Virus record (IMG/VR): IMGVR_UViG_3300038679_000076
Coordinates: 1-31,842 of that record
Direction: 5' to 3' (one strand)
Length of the DNA stretch: 31,842 bases
Source: a virus
Lineage: Duplodnaviria > Caudoviricetes
In this document: piece by piece, positions 1 to 9,603 of the stretch
How the letters are laid out: each line of letters starts with the position of its first letter
Position numbering within the stretch: the stretch's first letter is position 1
Notes under the pieces: generated by a model
The model's database searches: none
Seen by the model: only the letters and a program-made list of their open reading frames with translations
What the model was told of the DNA's origin: nothing
Program-made: the position numbers and the translations under genes

Positions 1-74
1 GTCGCCTCGGTCGTCAAGCGGACGCGCCGTCGACTCGCGAGGGCGGCCTCGGCGATCACGACGACCACCGGAGC
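1..74 (+). repeat. Terminal direct repeat, left copy (circular assembly overlap)
   Basis: GTCGCCTCGG...CACCGGAGC identical to 31769-31842; a reading frame runs through the join. Confidence 0.97.
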
Positions 75-450
75 GCGGCTCGGGAGTGTGTACCACAAGG
101 TGCTCGCCGCTACAGCTTCAGGGGCGGTCTCGCTCTCCCGCCGGACCCGCAGGCCGCTCTCAGTGATGGCAGCCATCGCGCCGTACGTCACAAAGCGCAC
201 GAGCCATGCGCTCACAGTCGTTGCTGCCGTGACGGTGACGACTGCGAAGAGCACAAGACGGACGGTCGGTTCGGCGGCGCTCGCGATCGCGACGCTCGCA
301 TCCCGTCTCAACCCGGTCGTGTACGTCTCGTCGTTTCGCCTTCGGCTGCGCGGTCGCGGCGATGAAAGGATGCGCGTGCACGGTGACGGCGGTAGCAGAC
401 TGCGAGTCGGACACGACCAAGACACGACGCTCGACGTGGAGGGTCATTAG
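1..450 (+). CDS. 3' part of a ~440-aa Arg/Ala-rich repeat fibre protein starting at 30896
   Basis: Frame at 31769 equals frame at 1 and 88; no stop from ATG 30896 to TAG 448-450; ~18-aa repeats continue across the junction. Confidence 0.85.
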   Translation, partial: VASVVKRTRRRLARAASAITTTTGARLGSVYHKVLAATASGAVSLSRRTRRPLSVMAAIAPYVTKRTSHALTVVAAVTVTTAKSTRRTVGSAALAIATLASRLNPVVYVSSFRLRLRGRGDERMRVHGDGGSRLRVGHDQDTTLDVEGH

Positions 451-1041
451 ATGGAACGCATAGCGCTGAAGCCTGCGCCGGAGTCGTACGAGATCACTGC
501 TCCGGCGTATGACGATGACGGTACCACGGTACCGGTCACGGGCACGCTCGGGATTTCAGTCTACGATTCCTTCGACGTGCTGGTCGATTCCGGCACGCCC
601 ACGGCTCCCGCAGGCATCCTCGCCTACAGTCTCCCCAATAGTGCGATCGCAGCTGCCGGCGTCTACCGCCTTATATGGACGGGGACGGCCGGAGGGGCGG
701 CGAGGACCTGGGAGACCTACGTCGAGTTCTACGACGACACCGCCCCCGACTACGAGACCTACACGGACGCGGGCGGTACCTTCGACGCGGAGACGTTCCA
801 CGCGATGCTCCCCGCCGCCCGCGCCGCCGTCGACGCGGCGATCTGGCCGAACACGCTCGCCGTCCGCGACTTCGCCGCCTATGAGCGCGCGGTCTGCGCC
901 GTGGTCGACCTCATCGACTCCCCCGCCGTCACGCGTGAGAGCGTCGGCAGGGTCTCGCTCGAGTACGCGGACGTGCCGACGGTCGCCTCGACCATCCGGC
1001 GGCACCTGACGGGCACAGGGCTCCTGTACCGGGGCATCTGA
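451..1041 (+). CDS. Head-tail adaptor (A118 gp8-like C-terminal half) with extra N-terminal beta-rich BppU/Ig-like domain
   Basis: C-half YETY..GG..F, AVCA, ESVGRVSLEY, TGLLYRGI typical of connectors; GGAGG upstream; precedes neck genes. Confidence 0.75.
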   Translation: MERIALKPAPESYEITAPAYDDDGTTVPVTGTLGISVYDSFDVLVDSGTPTAPAGILAYSLPNSAIAAAGVYRLIWTGTAGGAARTWETYVEFYDDTAPDYETYTDAGGTFDAETFHAMLPAARAAVDAAIWPNTLAVRDFAAYERAVCAVVDLIDSPAVTRESVGRVSLEYADVPTVASTIRRHLTGTGLLYRGI

Positions 1042-1433
1042 TGGCGCTCATGCGCGCTCATACGGTGACGCTCTACAACTCGCTCGGCGAGGCCGACCGC
1101 CAGATGACCTACGCGCGCACGGTGCTCACCGGGGTCCGGGTAGAGGAGAGCTCGGGGGCCGTCGCGTCCCTCGCGGGCAAGGCCTCGACCGACGGGATCA
1201 CGCTCTACATCCCCGGCAGCACGCCCGGCTACGTCGAACCGACCGCGTATGCCGGATCCGGATGGACGCTCAAAGACGGCGACATCATCGCGATCGGCGA
1301 CGCGGGGTCAGACATCCCGCCGGGCACGGTCCAGGAGCTCGCGGGCCTTTGCCGCGTCTATCGCATCAAGGGCGTCGAGCGGTTCTCCCTCCGGGGCGAC
1401 CGTGTCCACCACTGGGAGGTGGCTGGCTCGTGA
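1041..1433 (+). CDS. Head closure / neck protein (A118-like 'minor capsid' family)
   Basis: HTVTLYN, WTLKDGDII and terminal HHWEV motifs; TGATG coupling; synteny. Confidence 0.7.
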   Translation: MALMRAHTVTLYNSLGEADRQMTYARTVLTGVRVEESSGAVASLAGKASTDGITLYIPGSTPGYVEPTAYAGSGWTLKDGDIIAIGDAGSDIPPGTVQELAGLCRVYRIKGVERFSLRGDRVHHWEVAGS

Positions 1434-1798
1434 GGGTCGGCTTCAAGCTCCAGAGCGTCCACCTCGCAAGCCTCGCGCCCCGCGCCGAGGCCGCGCGCAA
1501 GCGAGCCCGCACGATGATGACGCTCGCCGCGATCGGCGACACCCGCCCGTATGTGCCGCGTCTGAGCGGCGCGCTCGTCGGGACGGGCGACACCGAGTCG
1601 CAGCCCACTCGAGGGCTGCTCATCTACGGGTCGAGCGCGGTGCCCTACGCGCGGGCGCAGTACTACGGCCTCGCGAACAAGACGAGGATCACGCACCCGC
1701 AGGCGACGATGCAGTGGTTCGCGCACAGCAAGGCCGCCAACAAACGCAAGTGGGAGCAGGTCTCCCGGCAGCAGTACCGGAAGGAGTTCGACAGCTGA
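1430..1798 (+). CDS. Tail completion / neck protein (Minor_capsid_2-like)
   Basis: YVP..SGAL, PYARAQYYG, WF...K....W motifs; GTG start overlapping previous TGA. Confidence 0.75.
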   Translation: MRVGFKLQSVHLASLAPRAEAARKRARTMMTLAAIGDTRPYVPRLSGALVGTGDTESQPTRGLLIYGSSAVPYARAQYYGLANKTRITHPQATMQWFAHSKAANKRKWEQVSRQQYRKEFDS

Positions 1799-2229
1799 TG
1801 GACACGACGGTCGTAGGCGCGGTGCTCTCCTGGCTCGAGGCGCATCCTGCGCTCGTCGTCTCAGGCGCCCAGCTCCCGGTGATGCTCGAGGACCTGCCAG
1901 CCGACGGGAGCGACGCGGTCATGCTCTCGACGCTCGTGGGTGAGCCGTACGTCAAGCGCTACAAGGCGGGCGGGTATCTCGCCGAGTACCCGTTCGCGGT
2001 CTACCTGCGCTCGAACGGCGCTGACACCGCCGCGCGGATCGACGCGATGGAGGTGCTCGGTGACCTGTCCTCCAGTATCGACTCAAGAGAGGCCTGGCCG
2101 GCCGAACCCGCGGGCTTCAACTGGGTCTCGCTCGAGCGGCGCACGCTGCCTGTGAGGACCGCGATCGGCGAGACCGGCCCGGAGGACTACCAGGTCACGT
2201 TCACGCTGCAATACCGAAAGAGAGGATAG
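1798..2229 (+). CDS. Tail terminator (Minor_capsid_3-like)
   Basis: ATG overlaps upstream TGA; immediately before major tail protein; EYPFAVY and YQVTFTLQY motifs. Confidence 0.7.
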   Translation: MDTTVVGAVLSWLEAHPALVVSGAQLPVMLEDLPADGSDAVMLSTLVGEPYVKRYKAGGYLAEYPFAVYLRSNGADTAARIDAMEVLGDLSSSIDSREAWPAEPAGFNWVSLERRTLPVRTAIGETGPEDYQVTFTLQYRKRG

Positions 2230-2232
2230 GAA

Positions 2233-2895
2233 ATGGCTGTCGGAGACCTCATCACCGCCGAGAAGGTCCAGTACTGGCTCAAGACCGGAACATCCACCTA
2301 CACGCGGGTGACCGAGGACTCGGCGTTCGATCCGGCGAGCGACCTCACCACCTACGACCCGACCTACAAGGACCGGGTCATCCAGCCGTCGTACGTGACG
2401 GGCCGGAAGAACACCGTCGAGTTCGAGATCGACCTGCTCGAGGGCGGCGTGCTCCACGAGTTCCTGCTCGCCAATGAGGACGTGGCGAACGTGCCGACCG
2501 AGCTGATCCGCGTCCTCGAGGCGCACCCGGCCTACCCGGCCTGGATCACCGCGACGGCCTATGCCCTCGGCGACCACATCATCGAGGCCGACAAGCTCTA
2601 CGTCTGCACGACGGCGGGCACGTCGGGCGCGAGCGAGCCCACCTGGCCCTCGACGGGCACCGTGACCGACGGCACCACGCTCGTGTGGACCTACGTGAGC
2701 GCCGCGGCGCACCTCCCCATCGGCACCGAGGGCTCGTACGAGGCCAAGAAGGCCGATTTCGTGATGACGCAGAACCCGATCGACGGCGCCGCCGGTGAGG
2801 CAGTGCGCGCGAGCGGCACGCTCACCATGACCTCCACCAGCTGGACGGCCGGCACGTTCGACCCGTCCACCGCCACCTTCACGCCCGAGTCATAG
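2233..2895 (+). CDS. Major tail (tube) protein with internal CBM5/12-like insertion
   Basis: Between terminator and chaperones; ends GTFDPSTATFTP; insert AW...TAYALGD.....KLYVCTTAGTSG..EPTW. Confidence 0.75.
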   Translation: MAVGDLITAEKVQYWLKTGTSTYTRVTEDSAFDPASDLTTYDPTYKDRVIQPSYVTGRKNTVEFEIDLLEGGVLHEFLLANEDVANVPTELIRVLEAHPAYPAWITATAYALGDHIIEADKLYVCTTAGTSGASEPTWPSTGTVTDGTTLVWTYVSAAAHLPIGTEGSYEAKKADFVMTQNPIDGAAGEAVRASGTLTMTSTSWTAGTFDPSTATFTPES

Positions 2896-2898
2896 ACG

Positions 2899-3261
2899 AT
2901 GAACCGGTTCACGATCACCGATGAGGTCAAGCAGCTCGACATCAACGGGCACGTCTTCGAGGTCACCGTCGGTGACATCGAGGGTCTGGCGGCCGGGGAG
3001 GAGCTCGTGGAGCGCCTCAAGGACATCGACCTCCAGACCCTCGGTGCGAGCGGCTACCGCACCCTCGCGGACGAGATCACGGTCACCATCGACCAGGCCC
3101 TCGGGGCAGGCGCGACCGCGACGATACTCGAGGGTCACCGGCCGACGGTGACCGGGCTGATCCGGCTGCTCGTCTACGTGCTCAAGGAGATCACGGTCGA
3201 CTTCGACTCGGCCGTGAGCGGCCTGCTCAACGACCTGACGGCGACCGTAGACGAGGGCTGA
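2899..3261 (+). CDS. Tail assembly chaperone
   Basis: 120-aa acidic protein directly after the tail tube gene; LDINGHVFEV N-terminus. Confidence 0.65.
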   Translation: MNRFTITDEVKQLDINGHVFEVTVGDIEGLAAGEELVERLKDIDLQTLGASGYRTLADEITVTIDQALGAGATATILEGHRPTVTGLIRLLVYVLKEITVDFDSAVSGLLNDLTATVDEG

Positions 3262-3264
3262 GGC

Positions 3265-3819
3265 ATGAACATCCTGGTCTCGCCGCTGCCCCGCGCGGTG
3301 CCGGTCGGCGGGACCAGCGTGCCTCTCAAGACCGGCTACCGCACGGGCATCCAGGTCGTGCGGGTAGCGGAGTCCACGCTCTCCGACGCGCTCAAGGCCG
3401 GGGCGATCCTGCGGCTGTACTTCGGCGACCGGGTCCCCGAGGACACGGCTGCGGCCCTCGAGGCGGCGATGGACTTCCACCGCCTGGGAGAGGAGCCGCC
3501 ACGCCGCCGGTCGCGACGGCTGCTCGACTGGGACCACGACGCCGGGATGATACTCGCCGACTTCCGGCGGGAGTACGGCATCGACCTCGCCGACGAGGGC
3601 ACCCAGATGCACTGGTGGGTGTTCATGGCGTACTTCGCGAACCTGTCCAACGACTCGGAGACCAAGACCGCGATGTACTACCGCAACACGCCGAGGCCGC
3701 GCGATCTCGCCGGTGCCGACGCCAAGCGGTTCGGCGCGCTCAAGAAGGCCTACGCGCTGCCGCCTCGAGACGCCGCGGTCGCCGCGGCCAAAGACGCCGA
3801 GAGATGGGGTGACGCGTAG
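3265..3819 (+). CDS. Gp15-family second tail assembly chaperone
   Basis: D.G.I.ADF..EYGIDL and MHWW.F motifs, LKKAYAL near end; directly before tape measure. Confidence 0.85.
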   Translation: MNILVSPLPRAVPVGGTSVPLKTGYRTGIQVVRVAESTLSDALKAGAILRLYFGDRVPEDTAAALEAAMDFHRLGEEPPRRRSRRLLDWDHDAGMILADFRREYGIDLADEGTQMHWWVFMAYFANLSNDSETKTAMYYRNTPRPRDLAGADAKRFGALKKAYALPPRDAAVAAAKDAERWGDA

Positions 3820-6336
3820 ATGTCCGACGGACGTGTGGTCATCGACATCGACGCTGACGACAAGCAGTTCCGCGCCGTGCTCTCGTCCCTCGGGAAGACC
3901 GCCGCAGCCGGCATCGCGCTCCTCACCGCGGCCGTCGTCGGGTTCGGCGTGGCGGGGCTCAAGGCGGCCACCGACTTCAACAAGGGCATGGCGAACGTCG
4001 CCTCGCTCATGCCGGGCAACATCGACCGCGTGAACGAGCTCAAGGGCGCGGTCCAGGACATGGCCGTCGAGTTCGGCAAGAGCACCGACGACCTCGCGGG
4101 CGGCCTGTACCAGGTCGTCTCGGCCTTCGGTGACACGGCGGACACGGTCAAGATCCTCGAGGTGAACACGAAGGCGGCGACCGCGGGACTGGCGTCGACC
4201 ACCGACGCCATCAACCTGACCTCCGCCGTCACGAAGGCCTACGGCGACACGAGCGCGGAGGCCGTGCAGAGGGCGTCCGACCTCGCGCTCATGACCGTCC
4301 GCCTCGGGCAGACGACCTTCCCCGAGCTCGCGGCCTCCATCGGCCGTGTCACGCCGCTCACCAACGAGCTCGGCGTCTCCCAGGAGGAGCTCTTCGCCAC
4401 GATGGCGACGTTCACCGGCGTCACGGGTGGCGCGGCCGAGGTCTCGACGCAGCTGCGGGGCGTGCTGCAGTCCCTGCTGGCGCCCACGGACGCGGCGACC
4501 GCGGCCATCCAGGCGGCCGGGTACGCCGACGCCGAGGCGATGCTCGCCAAGGAGGGCCTCGCGGGGTCGGTGAAGATCCTCACGGACGCGGCCGAGGCGT
4601 CCGGGCAGCCGCTGCAGGACTACATCGGCAGCATCGAGGGGCAGACCCTCGCGCTCGCGCTCGCCGGACCGCAGGCTGACATATACACCGAGAAGCTCGC
4701 GGCGATGGGGCAGGCCGCCGGGGCGACCGACGCCGCCTTCGACGAGCAGACCGTGGGCATCAACGCGCTCGGCTTCGCCTTCGAGCAGATCCAGCAGGTC
4801 GGCACGACCGCGCTCCAGATGCTCGGGGACGCGATCGGCGCCGCGTTCGGTCCCGACATCATCGCGAGCGTCGGGACGTTCAAGGACGCGCTCTACGGAA
4901 TCGTGGGCGGCCTCTCCGCCATCCTCGAGGGCTCGCGCGGCATGAGCAAGCTCGACATCCTGCAGGGGTTCGACCCGGCCACGGCCGCCCAGCAGCTCCA
5001 AGACGGCATCAGTAAGCTCGTCGGGCTGCTCGCCTCCGGCATCCAGGCGCTCGTCCCGCCGCTCGTCGCGGCGGTGGCGGGGCTGATCGTGGCGGTCGCC
5101 AAGGCGGTGCCCGGCCTCATCCCCGTGCTCGTCGACGCGGTCCTCGATGGCGTGCTCCAGATCGCGGCCGCGCTCCCGGCCATCATCCCGGCCCTCGTCG
5201 GCGCGGTGGTGAACGCGCTCGTGACGGTCGTCCTGGCCCTCGTGCAGGCGCTGCCGAGCGTGCTGACCGGCATCATCCAGGCCATCGTGGCCGCCGTGCC
5301 GCTCATCATCGAGGCGGCCGTGACGCTGCTGTCCGGCATCGCGCAGGCGTTCCCGGTGGTCATCCCCGCGCTCATCACGGCCCTGATCGAGGGCATCGAC
5401 ACGCTGCTTCAGACGCTCCCGACACTCCTGCCGCTCGTCATCGACGCCGCGATCGCGCTCTTCCTCGGGATCGTTGCAGCCCTGCCGCTCATGCAGGTCG
5501 CACTCCTTGACGGTATCGTGACCCTCATCACCACGATCGTGGAGATGCTGCCCGAGCTGCTCCCGATGCTGCTCGACGCCGCGATAGCGCTCTTCCTCGG
5601 GATCGTTGCAGCCCTGCCCGTCATCATGCCGAAGCTCACGAGCGCGGTCATCGACCTCATCGTCAAGATCGTGACGCTGATCCCGACGTTCGTCGGGGCG
5701 CTCATCTCGGCCGCCGTGAACCTCTTCACCGCCATCGTGAACGCCGTCCCGAAGGTCATGGCCGGCCTGAAGGACGCCGTCGGCAAGCTCATCGAGGGCG
5801 CGAAAGACGTGCTGCCGGAGTTCGCGTCGAAGTTCGAGGCCGCGGGCAAGGACCTCATCAGCGGCATCATCGCGGGCGTCACGGCCTCGATCGGCCGACT
5901 CAAGGACGCCGTGAGGGAGGCTGCGAGGAAGGCGCTCGACGCCGCGAAGGACTTCCTCGGGATCAAGAGCCCGTCCAAGGTGTTCGCGCTCGTGGGCAAG
6001 GCGGTCATGGAGGGCTGGGAGGGCGGCATCGCCGATAACACGAAGGCCGTTGTCGGCGCGGTCGCCGACACGGCGGCCTCGATGGTCGACGCGGCGAAGG
6101 CGTCACCACTCGCCCAGGCGCTCGCCGTCTCGCCCGGATCCGGCCTCCGCCTCGCCGGGTATGCGCCCAGCCTCGGGACGGCAGGAGCGGTCGGGCCCGC
6201 GGGTTCGACCACCACCTACTACCAGATCGGCGACGTGAGTATCCCCTCGAGCGATCCGGCGGCGCAGCAGGTCTTCTCCGATCTCATGAAGCTCGTGAAG
6301 CGCTACCAGCGCATGGTCCCCATGGAGGCGATGTAG
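3820..6336 (+). CDS. Tail tape measure protein
   Basis: 838 aa Ala/Leu-rich; DGRVVIDI start, TP901-like core, periodic hydrophobic repeats, LGIKSPSKVF motif. Confidence 0.95.
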   Translation: MSDGRVVIDIDADDKQFRAVLSSLGKTAAAGIALLTAAVVGFGVAGLKAATDFNKGMANVASLMPGNIDRVNELKGAVQDMAVEFGKSTDDLAGGLYQVVSAFGDTADTVKILEVNTKAATAGLASTTDAINLTSAVTKAYGDTSAEAVQRASDLALMTVRLGQTTFPELAASIGRVTPLTNELGVSQEELFATMATFTGVTGGAAEVSTQLRGVLQSLLAPTDAATAAIQAAGYADAEAMLAKEGLAGSVKILTDAAEASGQPLQDYIGSIEGQTLALALAGPQADIYTEKLAAMGQAAGATDAAFDEQTVGINALGFAFEQIQQVGTTALQMLGDAIGAAFGPDIIASVGTFKDALYGIVGGLSAILEGSRGMSKLDILQGFDPATAAQQLQDGISKLVGLLASGIQALVPPLVAAVAGLIVAVAKAVPGLIPVLVDAVLDGVLQIAAALPAIIPALVGAVVNALVTVVLALVQALPSVLTGIIQAIVAAVPLIIEAAVTLLSGIAQAFPVVIPALITALIEGIDTLLQTLPTLLPLVIDAAIALFLGIVAALPLMQVALLDGIVTLITTIVEMLPELLPMLLDAAIALFLGIVAALPVIMPKLTSAVIDLIVKIVTLIPTFVGALISAAVNLFTAIVNAVPKVMAGLKDAVGKLIEGAKDVLPEFASKFEAAGKDLISGIIAGVTASIGRLKDAVREAARKALDAAKDFLGIKSPSKVFALVGKAVMEGWEGGIADNTKAVVGAVADTAASMVDAAKASPLAQALAVSPGSGLRLAGYAPSLGTAGAVGPAGSTTTYYQIGDVSIPSSDPAAQQVFSDLMKLVKRYQRMVPMEAM
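5441..5618 (+). repeat. 46-bp direct repeat pair in tape measure gene (5441-5486, 5573-5618)
   Basis: TCGACGCCGCGAT(C/A)GCGCTCTTCCTCGGGATCGTTGCAGCCCTGCC, one mismatch, 132-bp (44-codon) offset. Confidence 0.9.
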
Positions 6337-8562
6337 ATGGCTGTCACGTGGGGCAACGTCGTCGGCGCGTCCTCCGGCGGTCAGATGCGGCTCGGCTACG
6401 AGTTCCGGCAGTCGCCCGCCGCCGTCGTGGCCGGCACGTCGAGCGTGACGCTCTACCTCGACATCTGGGTCTGGACGAAGTGGAGCGTCTCGGACACCTC
6501 GAACACGTTCGCGTGCGCGGGCACCGACACGCTCGACTCGACGGCGGACGTGACGATAGACACCGACTCGAACACGAGCTGGGCGAGTGCGAACCAGCAG
6601 CTCATCCGCACCGTCTCGCGCACCTTCGCGCCGAGCTACACCGCGACCACGCCCTCGAGCTTCTCCGCCTCGCTCTCGGGCGTCGAGGCCGTCGGCACGG
6701 GCTACCAGGCCGTCGTCTCGGGGTCCTGGTCGACCGGGCAGCGCCCGTACACGGCGCCCACGGCCCCGAGTGGCGTGGCCGGTACGCGCATCTCCGACGG
6801 TCAGGTCAACGTCTCGTGGACGAGCAACGCCACCTCGGGAGCCCCGTACACGACCTACAACCTCCAGCGATGGGACAACGTCACGGGGGCCTGGGCGACC
6901 ATCAAGACGGGGCTCACGTCGGCGAGCTACTCGGACACGACCGTGCAGGCCGACCGCGAGTACCAGTACCGCGTCTACGTGGCCAACACGGGCGGGAGCG
7001 CGACCTCGACGGCGTCGGCCTCGGTCTACACGACGCCCGCCGCCCCGTCGGACCTCGTCGCGGCGAAGGCCGTCTCGGATATCGTCCTGTCGTGGACCGA
7101 CAACAGCACCGCCGAGGAGGGCTTCAAGGTCTACGAGAGCCAGGACGGCGGCGCATACTCGCTGCTCGCCACGCTCGGCGCCGGTGTCACCGGGCACACC
7201 CATGTCGCGCCCTCCTCCAGCGTGACACACACCTACCAGGTCAAGGCGTACCGCGGGGCGCTCGCGTCGGCCCAGGCGACCTCGAACACCGTGGTGCTGC
7301 TCACGAACCCCGCCGCCCCGACAGCGCTCGCGATCAAGGCCGCCGCGGACGCGACGGAGGGTATCGCCCTCGCCTGGCAGCACAACCCGGTCGACGGGAC
7401 GGCGCAGACCGCTTACGAGGTCCAGTACCGCGTCGTCGGCGCCGGGAGCTGGAGCACCACCGGCAAGATCACGAGCACCACCCAGGGCCGCACGTTCGCG
7501 GCCGGCACGTTCGCCAACGGGAACACCTACGAGCTGCAGGTGCGCACCTGGGGCCAGTATGCGACCGCCCCGGCGTACAGCCCGTGGTCGGCGACTAAGA
7601 CGTTTCTGGCGAGCGCCCGGCCGACGGCGACGATCAGCAGCCCCGCCGACCTCGACACCCTCACGGGGCCGTCCGCCACGGTCGGGTGGGCGTACTACGA
7701 CGCTGAGAGCACCGCGCAGAGCGCACGCAAGGTGACGCTCTACGCCGCCGACGGCACGACCGTGCTCTGGACGCAGACCGTCTCCGACGATGCGGGATCG
7801 GCGACGATCGGTTACGTCCTCTCAGACGGCGCCACCTACGTGATCGGCGTGATGGTGCGGGACGCCGACGGCCTCTGGAGCGCCGAGGACGCCGTCACGG
7901 TCGATGTCGACTACACCGCCCCGATGCAGCCCGCCCTGAGCGCCGTGTTCGACCCCGAGACGGGCAGCGTCGCCATCACCATCGACAACCCCGCGCCGAG
8001 CGGGGGCGAGCCGGCGGTCGTCTCGAACACCGTCCACCGCATCACGGGCGGCCTGGCCGAGGTCGTCTCCGACGGCGTCGGCCCGAACGGGACGGTGACC
8101 GACTACATGCCCGCCCTCGGCGTGGTGAACACGTACCGCGTCGTGGCCTGGAGCGCCTTGCCCTCGGCCGCGACCTCGGCGGACGTGGACCTCACCGTGC
8201 CGGGCGGGCCGTACTGCTTCTTCAACTGGGGGCCCGGCTACGGGACGCTCGCGCGCCTCGCGGCGAACGTGGGCTTCGGGGGCGGCGTGACACCCGAGCA
8301 GCGCTACTACCAGACCGCGGGCCGCGCCTTCCCGCTCCTCGTGACCGGGGAGGCGCTCGACGAGACGGTGTCCGTCTCGGGCGATGTCTGGGAGGACTCG
8401 GCCGAGGAGGCCGCGTTCGACGCGCTCGCGCGCTACGGCGGGGAGGTCATGTACCGCGACATGCGCGGGAGGCGCTTCGTCGGGGGCGCGCTCGTCGGCC
8501 TGTCCGAGGGCTCCGGGCCCCGCATCGTGAAGGTCACGGTCGAGATGCGGCGGACCGGCTAG
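6337..8562 (+). CDS. Minor tail protein with several fibronectin type III domains and probable distal-tail-like C-terminus
   Basis: Repeated P.AP...W......Y.V and Y.YRV patterns; Thr/Ser-rich; first gene after tape measure. Confidence 0.8.
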   Translation: MAVTWGNVVGASSGGQMRLGYEFRQSPAAVVAGTSSVTLYLDIWVWTKWSVSDTSNTFACAGTDTLDSTADVTIDTDSNTSWASANQQLIRTVSRTFAPSYTATTPSSFSASLSGVEAVGTGYQAVVSGSWSTGQRPYTAPTAPSGVAGTRISDGQVNVSWTSNATSGAPYTTYNLQRWDNVTGAWATIKTGLTSASYSDTTVQADREYQYRVYVANTGGSATSTASASVYTTPAAPSDLVAAKAVSDIVLSWTDNSTAEEGFKVYESQDGGAYSLLATLGAGVTGHTHVAPSSSVTHTYQVKAYRGALASAQATSNTVVLLTNPAAPTALAIKAAADATEGIALAWQHNPVDGTAQTAYEVQYRVVGAGSWSTTGKITSTTQGRTFAAGTFANGNTYELQVRTWGQYATAPAYSPWSATKTFLASARPTATISSPADLDTLTGPSATVGWAYYDAESTAQSARKVTLYAADGTTVLWTQTVSDDAGSATIGYVLSDGATYVIGVMVRDADGLWSAEDAVTVDVDYTAPMQPALSAVFDPETGSVAITIDNPAPSGGEPAVVSNTVHRITGGLAEVVSDGVGPNGTVTDYMPALGVVNTYRVVAWSALPSAATSADVDLTVPGGPYCFFNWGPGYGTLARLAANVGFGGGVTPEQRYYQTAGRAFPLLVTGEALDETVSVSGDVWEDSAEEAAFDALARYGGEVMYRDMRGRRFVGGALVGLSEGSGPRIVKVTVEMRRTG

Positions 8563-9603
8563 ATGGACTGGACACGGACACGGCACGAGCGCTTCGAGTA
8601 CCTGCGCCTCAGCAAGGCGGGCGCGCACCTCGGCCCGCTCGATGGCGTCACGGGCGGGACGATCAGCGAGAACCTCAACACCGCGCTCAAGGTCTCCGGG
8701 ACGCTCACGATAGCCGGGGAGGCCGACCTCGGCGACGAGCGGGTGAGGGTGAGCCTGGTCGCCGAGCAGGACGGCACCGTGACCGAGGTCGTGCTCGGGA
8801 CGTTCCTCGTCTCCACGCCCTCCCGAGAACGGCTCGGCCCCGACGTGGTGACCTCCGTCGAGCTCTACTCGACGCTGCTCATCCTCGCCGACGACAAGCT
8901 CGAGGAGACCCTCACGGTCGCGGCGGGCACCGAGGCGGTCGGGTACGCGCGCACACTCGTCGAGGCGGCCGGCCTGTCCGCCGTGGTGACCCCGCAGGAG
9001 ACGCCGTCCGAGACCACCGTCGACGCGGTGTTCGAGGCCGGCAAGAGCATGCTCGAGGTCGTGAACGGCCTCCTCGGCTTCGCGGGCTACCGCAGCGCCG
9101 ATGTCGACGCCTACGGGTCGGTCGTGCTCGAGCCGTACGCCGAGGTGGCCGGGCGGCTCCCCGCCTGGACGTTCGCCGACGGCGACGCGAGCATCTTCAT
9201 CCCCCCGGTCACCGACGCGCTCGACTGGTACGGCACGCCGAACGTGGTGGTGGTGGTGAGCACCAACGCCGAGACGGCGATGACGGCAGTCTCCGAGAAC
9301 GACGACCCGGCCTCCGCGCTCTCGACCGTCTCGCGCGGGCGACGCATCGTGCGCTACGAGGAGGTCTCCGACATCGAGTCGCAGGAGGCGCTCCAGGCGA
9401 GGGCGGACCTGCTGCTCGTGTCCTCCGCGCGCAACGTCAACATCGGGACGGTCCGGCACACGTTCGCTCCGATCGCCACGGGCGACGTGGTACGGCTCCA
9501 CTACGCGCAGGCCGGGGTCGACTACCTCATGGTGGTCCAGTCCAAGGAGATGCAGCTGGTCGCCGGGGTGCCGACCACGACAGCGATGCGGAGGTTCGTC
9601 TAG
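8563..9603 (+). CDS. Tail tip hub (Tal-like) protein
   Basis: LGTFLV, PNVVVV, NDDPAS.LSTVSRGR motifs of actinophage minor tail proteins; synteny. Confidence 0.7.
   Translation: MDWTRTRHERFEYLRLSKAGAHLGPLDGVTGGTISENLNTALKVSGTLTIAGEADLGDERVRVSLVAEQDGTVTEVVLGTFLVSTPSRERLGPDVVTSVELYSTLLILADDKLEETLTVAAGTEAVGYARTLVEAAGLSAVVTPQETPSETTVDAVFEAGKSMLEVVNGLLGFAGYRSADVDAYGSVVLEPYAEVAGRLPAWTFADGDASIFIPPVTDALDWYGTPNVVVVVSTNAETAMTAVSENDDPASALSTVSRGRRIVRYEEVSDIESQEALQARADLLLVSSARNVNIGTVRHTFAPIATGDVVRLHYAQAGVDYLMVVQSKEMQLVAGVPTTTAMRRFV

Noticed and set aside
1-74. Terminal repeat as physical genome ends
   Set aside because: Falls mid-gene; best explained as circular assembly overlap.
2890-5001. Long antisense and alternate-frame ORFs (also 7822-9501, 17455-19146, 19758-21299, 25724-27205)
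   Set aside because: Shadow ORFs expected at high GC3; overlap well-supported genes and have no motifs.
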